Below, piece by piece: positions 53,075 to 64,000 of a DNA stretch of 64,000 bases. A program made the translations under genes and the position numbers. Below the pieces are notes generated by a model that saw nothing but the letters and a program-made list of their open reading frames with translations, made no database searches and was not told the origin of the DNA. Positions within the stretch are counted from its first letter, which is position 1. Every line of letters starts with the position of its first letter. The stretch is taken from assembly GCA_050084515.1 (NCBI GenBank), contig CM114271.1:12524001-12588000 (forward strand). Direction: 5' to 3'. Origin of the DNA: Blasia pusilla. Taxonomy: Eukaryota.

Positions 53075-55906
53075 ATTAAGTAAGGAAATATTTCATAATC
53101 ACACCTTTTTCTCCCTCCCCCTCTCTCTATCTACATTTGGTAGTCATTAGGCATAATAAATGCACCCTCTATAAATAGTACAAAGTTTCAAATAATCCTA
53201 TAAATAGTAGGAAGGTCTCACACATCTAGTTAGGTATGTCCATTTAGAAGATGTGGTCGAGAACTAAATAGAACATAAATATCTCATTAGATTCTCATTT
53301 TATTACATTAAATTAGATTTTAATTTATCTACGAGGAGGATTATTAAATAATTAAGAAAATGAACAAAGATAATCATCATTCTACCTCCAACAGATCTTG
53401 TAGAGAGATTTTTACCTTTTCTTTTAAAGTTAAATTCTCAATTTTTACTTGGTTATCTACTTGATTTTTTTGCCTTATCTTTTCCTCCGAATCTTAAATA
53501 TTCTCATATCCCTAAAACAAATTCCTGCGCAATCTTCAAAAAAAGTGTTTCAAGAATTGATAATTTCACTTGGAAGAGTGAGAGAAAAATTTATGAGAAA
53601 TTATCTTCTATAAAAGATTTGGAAAGTAAGGCTAAGTCTTATTGTGACTACAATTGAAAGTGACTAGACTAAAGATATTTCTATTTTCTTCTTATTCTAT
53701 TCTATTCCAAATTGGATCCAAAATTTCAAAATTTTTGAGTCAAACCTTATGAGTAAAAGAGTAAAGAAGAAAACCCTTTCTATAATCCATAATGACACCA
53801 TTCAATTTTTTTCCATCTATCATGATACGATTGTGCACAAAACCTTGAAAAGATAGATAACAGAGCCTTGGGGCATTGACAAACATGGAAGTTGGAGACA
53901 TATTGTCTCATTCCCTCTGCTCTCGGTCTCTCCAAGGAGGGATGGAGAGGATCCATCCCTTCACTTTTTGGAGAAATGGATAGGCATCACGCAAATAAAC
54001 ATAACTACATCATAGTTCATATCCACACAACAAACACCATTGATCCTTCCAATATACGGGAAGATTTGTACACACAGAAAAGCACACTCACATAAGTATA
54101 CCAAGACCAAAAAATCACCTCTCTAATAGAAGTTTAGATCCCCAAAATTCAAGAAGAACTCTCGACATCTAACTTTATGTAATCCACTACTCTATACACA
54201 TTGGTAAATATCCATTATCTTATGGGAATCGTGTCGAGAGGCAGAGGATTCAAGTATGATATTTGCTACCCTCTAAAAGAAATTCACAAAATAACATGGT
54301 GATTTCATCCCTCTTAGATCCATATAACATACATCTCAAGTTCCAACAAAAAAATTCCATGTCTCCTTTTCCCAAAAAAAAGTAGTAATTTCCCCTCCAA
54401 ACCAAAATTGAAAATGAAAAATTTTAACTATTTTTTATGTTTAAATTTTTTTAAAATAAATGAATTCATAAAATGTAAGAATACTTTAAATATAAGGGAT
54501 ACTTAGAAAGAATTCATGGAGATTGAGAAATATTATAAAGTAAAAATCTTTATATAAAATGACAAATAACATAACTATTAAAATCTCATACCAAATCAAG
54601 TTCTAGTCGAGTACAGAGTAAAATTAAACAAAAATTCACGAGACTTGAAAGGCTTCATACGTGACAATCATTCAGAAACCCTAAACATGAGCTAATCCAA
54701 TAATCGTATATTCTCTTCTTGCAATCTCTATCCTCTAATGCGCTAATAATTTGCGATTTCCTTCCATTTAATCATGCCAAGTGGTATTCACAAAATCATA
54801 TATGGAATAATGAATAACCTGATGAAAGTGGATATTTACATACACTTGGACAAGCTAGAAGTTCTTAGATTAACAATAGGATGAAGGGGAACCTGAAAAT
54901 TATATACAAGAAAATTAATAGGTCATGAAGTGACATTGACTTACCGTGATCAAGAATTATGCAGTCATATGAAATAAGATACAAAGAAGTGCAAGACCCT
55001 TCAACTAGTATATTTTAGTATGCCCATGGCAAATGTATTTGACTATTAGAGTGATGAGCTCCTGACAATGGAAACGATGAGATGGGAAAAAACCTCGATC
55101 TTCTTGTTCTCGAAAGAAGAATAAATAAATATAAACATATAGATAGGAATTGATATTTTTGGACCAATGTTGGATATAGGTGGAAGAATAGGAAGTGAGG
55201 ACATAATTACAAGAAGAATGAATATTAAAACAAGTAGTCAGAGAATCGTACAAATATGAGAAAAATAAATCCAAATGAGACAAGATTCAAAAAAATTTAT
55301 GGACCAATGTTGCTTTTATTTTTATGTGCTCATGAAAAATTTCCATGACCAATTCTACGGGAACCAACACTGATAAATAAATAGTGACGTTCTCAAATAA
55401 AGAAAAAAAATCACATCTGTAACATTAAAATAATAGACTATCTTTATGGTTCATCTTAGGAAATATTTGATATTAATCTTTGAATATGAATGAAAAATAA
55501 GTTGCGAGAAAATATATAAATTTTGCAATAGATTTTTTTTCTTGATATGGGATATTTTAATATCATACTTTTTGAAAAACCAAACCTAATGCAATGCACA
55601 AATATAACCATATAGTTATAAACATATGTAGAAAAATTGATGGGATGAGGGTGCCAAGAACAAAGAAGTTGGAGGGGTGAAGAAAAGCACATTAAAATGA
55701 CCACCAACATTTTTGGGTAAAATAAGCAAAAAGAAAGGCAATAATGGTAACATGGACAAAAGTAAACTCATTAAAATACTGTGAAAGAAAGATAATACGT
55801 TTGGAATATGAGTAAGACAAAAGATAAAGATTGTTCTTAAACATGGGTACTTGGGTTTCTTATATGCATACAGTTAAACCACTTACTAAATACAGAATTA
55901 ACACAA

Positions 55907-55940
55907 CTAGGGATATGCCCGTGCTTCACTCCACACAAAC
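55907..55940 (-). mobile_element. Isolated Helitron-like 3' terminus
   Basis: Plus strand a|ctagggatatgcccgtgc resembles a|ctagtaagaatgcccgtgc at 51461. Confidence 0.45.
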
Positions 55941-58900
55941 AAGATTACCATGCTTAAATCAGATTTTGTAATATTGGAGAATCCCCTTCATTGTCCACTA
56001 CCTCCCTTTATTGCGCATTCCATCATCCATAAGGTTCCCTTAGAAGCAATTTATGGTAGGACAAGAGCAATTTGTAATATGTCGACAAATTACTACTATT
56101 TAGTCGCATATGCGTTCTGTCTTAATAATACAGATATCTTAGAATTACATGCCCATCAATTTTCACCACCAATAAAGTAGAGTCATTAAAAAAATTATAA
56201 ATATTTTATAACGAAATGTTTTTAGCCAGAATTGTGAAGAAACTATAAGAACTTCCGAGGAAATTCAGATTTGAACACGTATATTTTTAATGTATACTAA
56301 ATAAATAAACTCAGTTCAAGACACGGTGGTGTTGCCTACGGTATACCCAGCCAACGGGAGGGTTTCGTACTTAATTGAAACACTGCAAATAAACCCTTAT
56401 TTCCTTAAATTATCTTATGGATGATCATGAGAAGGAAACTGACTTCCATACGTAATGTGGATAAGTTCGCGGGCTAATGATTTCGTTAGGTTTTGAGTCA
56501 AAATAAAGTACAATTTAATTATTTACGTAAATTTTCTATCAAAATAATATTCCGTAGACCAACAAACTGAAAAAAAGAGAGGGTATTTTCAACCCACAAC
56601 GACTCCGAGAGAACATGGACCATATAGCGTTTGACCAGCGCCAACTTTTGAGGATTTGGGCATTATTTTTTATTTAGGGTAAGAGATAACGAAGGAATGT
56701 TGGAAGATTTTTGGTGACAAGAGCAATACGAAGGGCACTTTACAAGAATTCTAAGAATAATACCCACGACTTCCTTTATTATTTTAAAATAAAAAAAATC
56801 GGTAGGAGGATCCACCTCTTACTTGCTTTTTGAGGGTCGAGAAAAAACAAAAAAAAACCATTCCTTACTCACATGCAAAAATAGTTGCTATACTTGCTTT
56901 TGGGACGCTAGTGTAGAGGTATCCTAGCTACCTACCAAGAAAAAATGTTTTTCTTCCCTTGTCTTTTTTCTCTTTCCGATTTCAAGTCACATGGAGCTAG
57001 GAAGGAGAACTCCCCAAGTTGTGTAGCATATCCTTGGGCTTTTGTAACACGCAAAGGTGAGTGATGGTATATGCATGTGCAATGTTTTCAAAGTGCAAGA
57101 CTTCCACATACTTTAAAGCAGGGCCCCTATTACTTTCACGGGAAAAACAGGGTCAGAAATATAAAAATGCACGAAATGATTTTTTTTATAAGGAAACCAT
57201 TACTAAATTTTTCCATTCACCGAAATCAAATATGCAAGTGTCATTCTTGGAAATTACTCATAAATAAAATTTATAAAATAAAATTTGAATTTAAAAGCAC
57301 ATGAAAATTTTAACACCGTAAATTCCTGTAAATTAATTCAAAAATAATTTGGAAGATCCTAGAACATTCTCCATACCCCAACTCCTAATACTGAAAATAT
57401 TTAAATGAGAAAATTTAGTTTCTTCTAGAAGAGTGAAAAATGATTTCCTTTGTGAATTTTTGAAGTAGTAAGCTATGGAGAAAAAAATTCCTACTATTTT
57501 TGGTTGATTAGGAATAATATTTCACTTGAAGAATATTGATATATCTCTCTAATAATTTTAACCACGTCATTTTTTGGAGACCCTTTATCTATGGATAAGA
57601 GAGATGTGACATGTCACATCTTCTTGTTTGACACTTTTCGCTAAGGTACTTATGCAAATTGATAATCAATTGAGTCGGCCATAGTGGAAGAATCCATATC
57701 CCTCCAATTGAAAATGAATATTTGAATTTACTAGAAAGAGCGCATGTGTGCTATATGGCATAAGTATGGATCTTCCAAATTTTCCACTTTCCAACACGTT
57801 TAAATAATATCCTACGTCTGAGAAAATATTCTTCCAATAGATTCGTCACATCTTATAGAGGCTTCGATGTCTCTTAACCCTTTTGTATGTCCCCTCTAAA
57901 GTTGAGATGTTGGCCAATGTTGAAGTTCCAATGCTGATAGAAAGGTGTATCGATACTATAGATGTTGACATCTTGTAGAAATAAAGGCATCAAGAATCCA
58001 CTCTAATGTTAGCACGTTTGAACCTCATATTTTCAGAGGGACGTTCCTTTTCAAAAAGACTTCACTTCTTAACATGTAGAAGTATCCAAAAAAGCAGTCC
58101 CCTCTCTTTCTATTATAGTATAAATCTATGATCTATTGTGATGTATTTTTTAGCCCAAACAGTGGAATTTATCTCCTAGGATATTTTTCATGTTATTATT
58201 TGTGATTTTATCATAAATATTCAACTTTTTGAGTCCCTTCTTTATTTTGTTATGAACTTTATTTCGTCTAGATTATTATATGTTGAAGTAAGTTTGGAAG
58301 AATATTTGTAGATATTTCTGGGCTATTTTTTTCTATAATCATTTTTCAATACCTTCGCATCAATACATGATAGTTTGAGTTATTTTTTTATGTTAAAGAT
58401 TTTCTTCCATCCATCTTTTTATATATGTTTCCTTCCCTTTTCCAATTATATTTTCCGAAAAATGCCCCGTGTGACACACTCAGCATCCTCCATCCTACGC
58501 ATATTGCAAGTTGGGAATATATGAATTGGACAAATCTTTTCTTAATACATCCATACACTTACCCCCTTATATTTTATTTTCCTCAATTTTTTCATCTAGT
58601 TAGTTTTTCCTCCAAGGCATGGGTCCAAAATTCACCTAGCATCCCATTGTGAGACCCTATAGTCACAAGTAATATTTCAAGCCACTTACCACATAGACTA
58701 TGTCAACTTGTGATTTTTTAAACTACTTCTAAAATGGATATGCAATGCATGAATTCTTCAAGCTTGCCATATTCAATATTGGAAAAAAAATAAGGAATCC
58801 ATTAAAAAAAAAATGTACCAAAAGGCCAGTATATTTTTCCCCACCCGATAGATAATTTTCATGAGATACTCCACCGCCCCCTCTCGAAATGACACAGTTA

Positions 58901-60099
58901 CACATTCTCTGCGTTGAAATAAAAAAGTCCTATTTTAAGAATATGGATATGTTGTTTCTTTCCAAGTTCTTCCACATACTCGGAAAAGAATTGTTAGAAG
59001 AAAACCTTGTACCTATTCATCCTCCGGTTAACTAACCCGAGGTCAAAATCCCTTCACCATAGGTTCTATTTGGATAAGAGATTAAAAAATGTATTGATAC
59101 CCTTCATTACATGCAAGAGACTCTGATGGAGTGGAGGGTAGGCTCCTTGCGGAGATGCAGGTCAGGTCCCAGGCTCGAAGACCCACAAGTATGACTTGTT
59201 TTGCATGAGCCCCTCCTGAATCATAACCCACTTCTAACCCATGTCCCACTAACCGGAGGATAAATAGGCGTGAGGGGAGAAGATGATCACCCCGATCCGA
59301 AAGTACTCATGATCTCTATTTGTATTTGATTACTTGTGCTCCCTTCCAGATTATTTTTCTTCAGTTGTTGGAATAAAAAGGAGTGGAAATAATTATTGGA
59401 GGAATGAAGGTTTGTTTCTTCAAGTGTCTTCTCACACCTGATGGCGACTAAAACCAGGGGCTTAGGAAAAGGATGAATAAACAAGCTCCAAACTCCCATA
59501 AGGTTCCAAGTCTTATGAAGATGATGGGTTCTTTTGGTACAGGAGAGGTTGTGGGTCCATGAATTGAAGGAAAAATGGTGGGTAAGAATTATTGGTTCTC
59601 TTAGGGGAGGCACAAATTGATAAAAAATGCTCATTCTTCTAGCGTCTCTCTCACGCCCCAATTACGGAACCATGGCCTTGAAAAAACTTTTTCTAATAAA
59701 ACACTTCCACAAGGTTTTGGTCTCGCCCCCATCCTTAAAGAGAAAAAAAAAACAGGGATTCTTAGAATCCTTCTCCCCTATTATTGGGAGGTGTGAATAT
59801 ATATATATTCCCAGCTCCTTTATAGATTTCTCTCGTCCCCTCGCTCCATGGATGGTTTTTCTTCCATGGACTATGCTTTTTCTTTATGGGGGCTCGTGAG
59901 GTGGGAAACCAAACAATATGCACCCACGAAGGTGGGTGGGTGCAAAGCTCTCCATAAACACACCATTGGAATCCACTACCACTAGTAAGAAACTTGTAAC
60001 CAAATTTTTGTTTCGGTTTTAGTGATCCTTGTACAAAAGGCCCCTAAATAGAAGACCCTTTCTCCTCCTTAGTTACCTCCGGTCAGTCTGGGCTCCAAT

Positions 60100-61080
60100 C
60101 TTCCTTGATGGAAGCCCACTTTGAGGCAGTCTTTAGAGGCACTATGTCTGACGGGAATATCCCCATGGAGGTTAGGGCCCGTATTCGCTCTTGCTCGGAA
60201 AGGGGCAGGCTCATGGGTAGGGGCGCCCCTTCTCCGAGCTTTCCAGATCGCACCACTTACCTATACCACGATGCGGTTCCGCTTGGGCCTCGCCCAACCA
60301 TCGGTGGTTGGTTCGACACAATGCGAGTGTCGCCGGAGCCTGGATCCACTTGGTGTGCATTTGGCACGCTGTCCAGTTGGGGGTGAGAGGATAGCCACTC
60401 ACGATGCAAAGGCGGGATATCATGTTCAGATTGCTCGAGAGTGGCTTCCATGTGCAGAGAGAGAGGCACTACTCCATGCGGGATTCCCTCATTCGGCCGA
60501 TCTCTACATGACACGTGAGGTGAGGTGGTTGTGGAGGACGTGGTAGTCACAGATCCTACGCGGGAGGATCGAGCCCAAGTGGTGGCCCAAGGGCGAATGC
60601 TACAAGGAGCGGCGCGGCGGCGGCGGCGGCGAAGAAGACACATATCTACTGATCGACTACACGAGGACACATCTTCATCCCCCGGCCATAGAGATGTATG
60701 GGGCTATGGGGGAGAGGTTCGACTTCGTTCATACGGATCGCGCCCATCATCTCCACTCGAGAAATGGGTTGTCCTTAGCTACCGCGCGGTCTGTATTGAC
60801 AGGGCTGGTCTCCATAGTGTTGCAATGTGCCCAGGCTAATGGGATTTTGGCGGCGGGCTCAGTTGTGGGAGACGCCGCGCTAGAGGCCCACTTAGTAGTA
60901 GTCATAGCTCTTTTGTTGTTGCTGATATTGTCTCTGTTGTTGGTGAGTTTCGTCGTTAGGGGGGGGAATGCCCCCTTCTTCCTTTTATGGTCCTGTTGTG
61001 GCCTTCAGGTTTTGACTCTTTGAGTCCCCCTCTTTTGTACTTCCGATGGGTTTTCCATCACTCGTTTTTATCGAAGTGCA
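60100..61080 (+). mobile_element. CRE-like non-LTR retrotransposon 3' fragment: zinc knuckle and restriction-like endonuclease, frameshifted
   Basis: MRFRLGL...CECRRSLDPLGVHLARCPVGGERIATHD (CCHC plus HD), SADL, EDVVVTDPT, AIEMYGAMG, VSIVLQCAQA, then a T-rich 3' UTR. Confidence 0.75.
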
Positions 61081-61930
61081 TCTTTGTTTAACCTTAAATA
61101 GAAGATACCACCAAACTATGCAGTTGTTGGTAGCCAAGAACAAACGCTAAAAAAAGGGTGGAAGTCAAAGTTTGACAAGTGCCCAACTTTGACGATCGCC
61201 TTGGTCAATAAGCGCAATAAAACACATTCTGTCATAGAAATTAGCGTCAGATTGGTATTATTTATTTTACTGTTATTTTAATCCAGTGTTAATCGGCTGG
61301 GTCTGAAGTTTTCGAGGAAGATATTCTGGAAAACAAATAGAGGGGACAAAATTATTATACAATCTTCATTATTAATGCAAGGTCTTAGAGAATTATGCCA
61401 ACGTTTAATTAATTAATATGTCGTTGGTCGTTTTAGAAAGAGCCTACGGGTTAGAATTCAACAAAATGGGAAAAATGTCTTTTCATTTCTTAAAAATTGA
61501 ATTATTTTATGATTACTCCCTATGCATTCCTAGAGAAATAAATCTACGTTTACATGAGTTTTATTTGTTTCTCAATAACACTCGAAAATAAGCAATTTTC
61601 GTCAAATCTTGCACTCTTCCAAAAGTAGAAAAAACGTTTTCAAGCTTGTAGAGGTTATAGATGACACTAAAATAAATTTTTTTCACTTTTCATCATTTTC
61701 ATTCGGATAGAAAGTCTTGATCAATGTGAGAAATGTTCACGTTGCATGGTCCCAAATATCCTTCTGAATCTATGATCATATATGCACTTTGGGATCCAAC
61801 ATCCCAATATTTTTGAGTGAAATTTTATTAAGAAGTTGACTAAGGTGTGGTGTGATCATCCATACCTAAAAGAATTGGGTGCAAGATTTCTAGAGTTTCA
61901 TATACACGGCGCATTAAGCCAAAACTAGCC

Positions 61931-61969
61931 ATAGTCTCGTGCCCCCTGTTGTCGGGGGCACAAGACTAT
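61931..61969. repeat. Hairpin with a 16-bp stem
   Basis: atagtctcgtgccccc-tgttgtc-gggggcacaagactat, one mismatch. Confidence 0.85.
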
Positions 61970-64000
61970 AGGGAGAGGTGCGTAGCACTGTGGAGGTACA
62001 AAGGGTCCGAAGGTGCGTAAGCTTGTTTGAAAAAGTATAAGGTTTGTACTTATTTTGTATGCATTGTTACTTCACAACTTATATATCCAACCTTTGAAAG
62101 GGAAAAACCTCCATATGAGCTAACCTATTTTTAAATTGATACTCATCATTTCTTGTTTGAATAGGAGATGCGCTGCGTGTGATTATCCTCAAGGTTGGAA
62201 AAAGGGTTTCACCACCACGAAAGAAGTTCCTTGTACCATGGGGAGTCTCCGTGCCAATATGCTCCAACCTCCCATGTGACTATTCTCTAATAAGGTCTCT
62301 TAATCTTAAGAGGTGGTAGACTTGGTGCAAACATGAGGTTTGAGTTCGAATTAAGAAAACTAGACTTGGAGTTCTTTTGGGTTCTCATCTTTGAACACTA
62401 CTCCAACTAGCTAGAAAATAAGGCGCACATACATCCACATTGACATGAGGGACACCCACGTACGACTCCACTAAGATTCCTTGCTATTTTGGTAAAATTT
62501 ATGTTGTATGTAGGAGAAATAGGAATCACTACTACATTTTGGGTCGATTTGCAAGTCCATAAAGTCGCAAGCAACTCACAATTTACTTGAAACATAGGTG
62601 CAAACCAATCATAACCTTGAAAGTATGGCACTCTCAAAGTAGTCTCAAAGTAGAGAAATTGACTCTAGTATATAAGTGTGACGCAAGTCAAAAGGGACAT
62701 TTCTTAAAGTCGGAGTCGAGTTTATGAAGGCTCGGAAGGAACTAAAATTTAAAAGTTATGAAAAAATTGCAATTTTTTCATAACTTTGTAAGTTGATTGT
62801 GGGGTTTCGCGAGTCTATGGAATCGTTTTGATTACTTGCAACTTATTAGAAAAAAATGACAAAAATATCTGAAATAAATCACAATAACTAAAACAAAAAG
62901 AGTTCAAGTAGTGGCTTTCTTAATTGCAAATTTTTTTCCATCTTTTGCTTAGTTTGGAAAAAAATTGAGTCTAAAATAAACTTTTTTTCGGGGGCAAGGG
63001 TATTATGCTCACCCCAAGTTATTCTTCGAGATCAGGGTTGCACATGGAAAAATTCCTTGTCCATGCGTGCGTGGGTAACCGTGGCCTGCCCAAGAGCTGG
63101 CCGTGTAGACCCAGGCTGACGGAGCCCGCACCGGTTGCGGATCTCGCGGTAGGCCTGCAAGAGGGATTTGGCCCCTATTGGGCGGGCTCACGACCGGCCG
63201 CTAGCCTGCCATGTGGATCCAACGGGGGCCCCTAGGCCGCCATGTGGGCGTGAACCCCTCCAACGCGGGCCAAGCCCGTCCTTGCAGGCTTGGCCCCAAT
63301 TGTTACATGGTCGCCAGATGTGGCATATTCCTAGATCTCTGACGCTCAAATAATTCCAAATGATCCACAAAGATATACTATTAAGGACTGATTTTTTCTT
63401 TTTCGTTTGCAAAAACATCTTCCATCGATTGAGGCCAAATTTTCTATAATGCAAGCAAATATTTATTAATCAACATGACGATTGTTCCCTAGTTTGTATT
63501 TTAATTCTAGTAGGGCATGTTCATTAGTTTGTATTATAATGGGGTGTTCTTTTGAACGGCTTAAAGAGAAATTCTATATATGCCATCTTAGAGAGCTTTA
63601 GTTCAGATTGGCCATTTCTGGCTTTCGGTGCTTCTTCCCAATATCGTGTGCGGAAATCGCCAATCCATTTGTGGCCTTCGGCCGTTGGGACCTTAGTGAG
63701 ACTAACAATGAAGAGCATTGATAAACTCATTTGTCTTAATTTAGTTAAACATGATTAATTAATAAAAAGTAAAAGTGTAATAAAAAATTTAATGAATAAA
63801 ATTTCAATAACAACATAGATACCACCAATTTTGAGCGAATAGAAAATATCGAGAATCTCTTTATCCACAAAATTATACCCAAAGGGTGCCACTCAAGAAT
63901 GTGTTGCGGCTTCTGCCATGACCGGTAAAAATATCGGACGAAACGGGCCATATGCCACCCGGAAGAAGTAACCCGCTCCGGTAGCCCGGAACGGAAGGGT

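Noticed and set aside
62305-62355. tRNA-like GTTCGAAT motif
   Set aside because: No cloverleaf stems can be formed.
63005-63454. GC-rich short ORFs near the right edge
   Set aside because: No motif; more likely a transposon subterminal or promoter-like patch that cannot be assigned within this window.

Overview
Eukaryotic, intron-containing plant nuclear DNA. The gene set and transposon spectrum suggest a non-seed plant such as a bryophyte; that is inference, not proven. I can support three protein-coding genes, all on the minus strand. They are a plastid-type CAAX/CPBP protease running off the left edge (4 exons visible), a two-exon mitochondrial COX7c/At1g72020-like subunit (104 aa), and an 11-exon USP-domain receptor-like cytoplasmic kinase of the RLCK-VI class (744 aa). 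The rest is AT-rich DNA full of nested transposon relics: Ty3/Gypsy copies whose integrase ends in a PHD finger, a solo LTR of the same family, three CRE-like non-LTR relics, a CACTA-like element inserted in a Helitron helicase relic, non-autonomous Helitrons and MITEs. The most unusual structure is at 39945-42866, where LTR termini with a 4-bp target duplication enclose an inverted 2.3-kb pol segment, so the LTR promoter points antisense into RT-RNaseH-integrase-PHD. No tRNA, rRNA or CRISPR was recognised. Two GC-rich islands (about 21.3-22.9 kb and 49.2-50.8 kb) remain unexplained. All family assignments come from motif recognition by eye; no database search was run.
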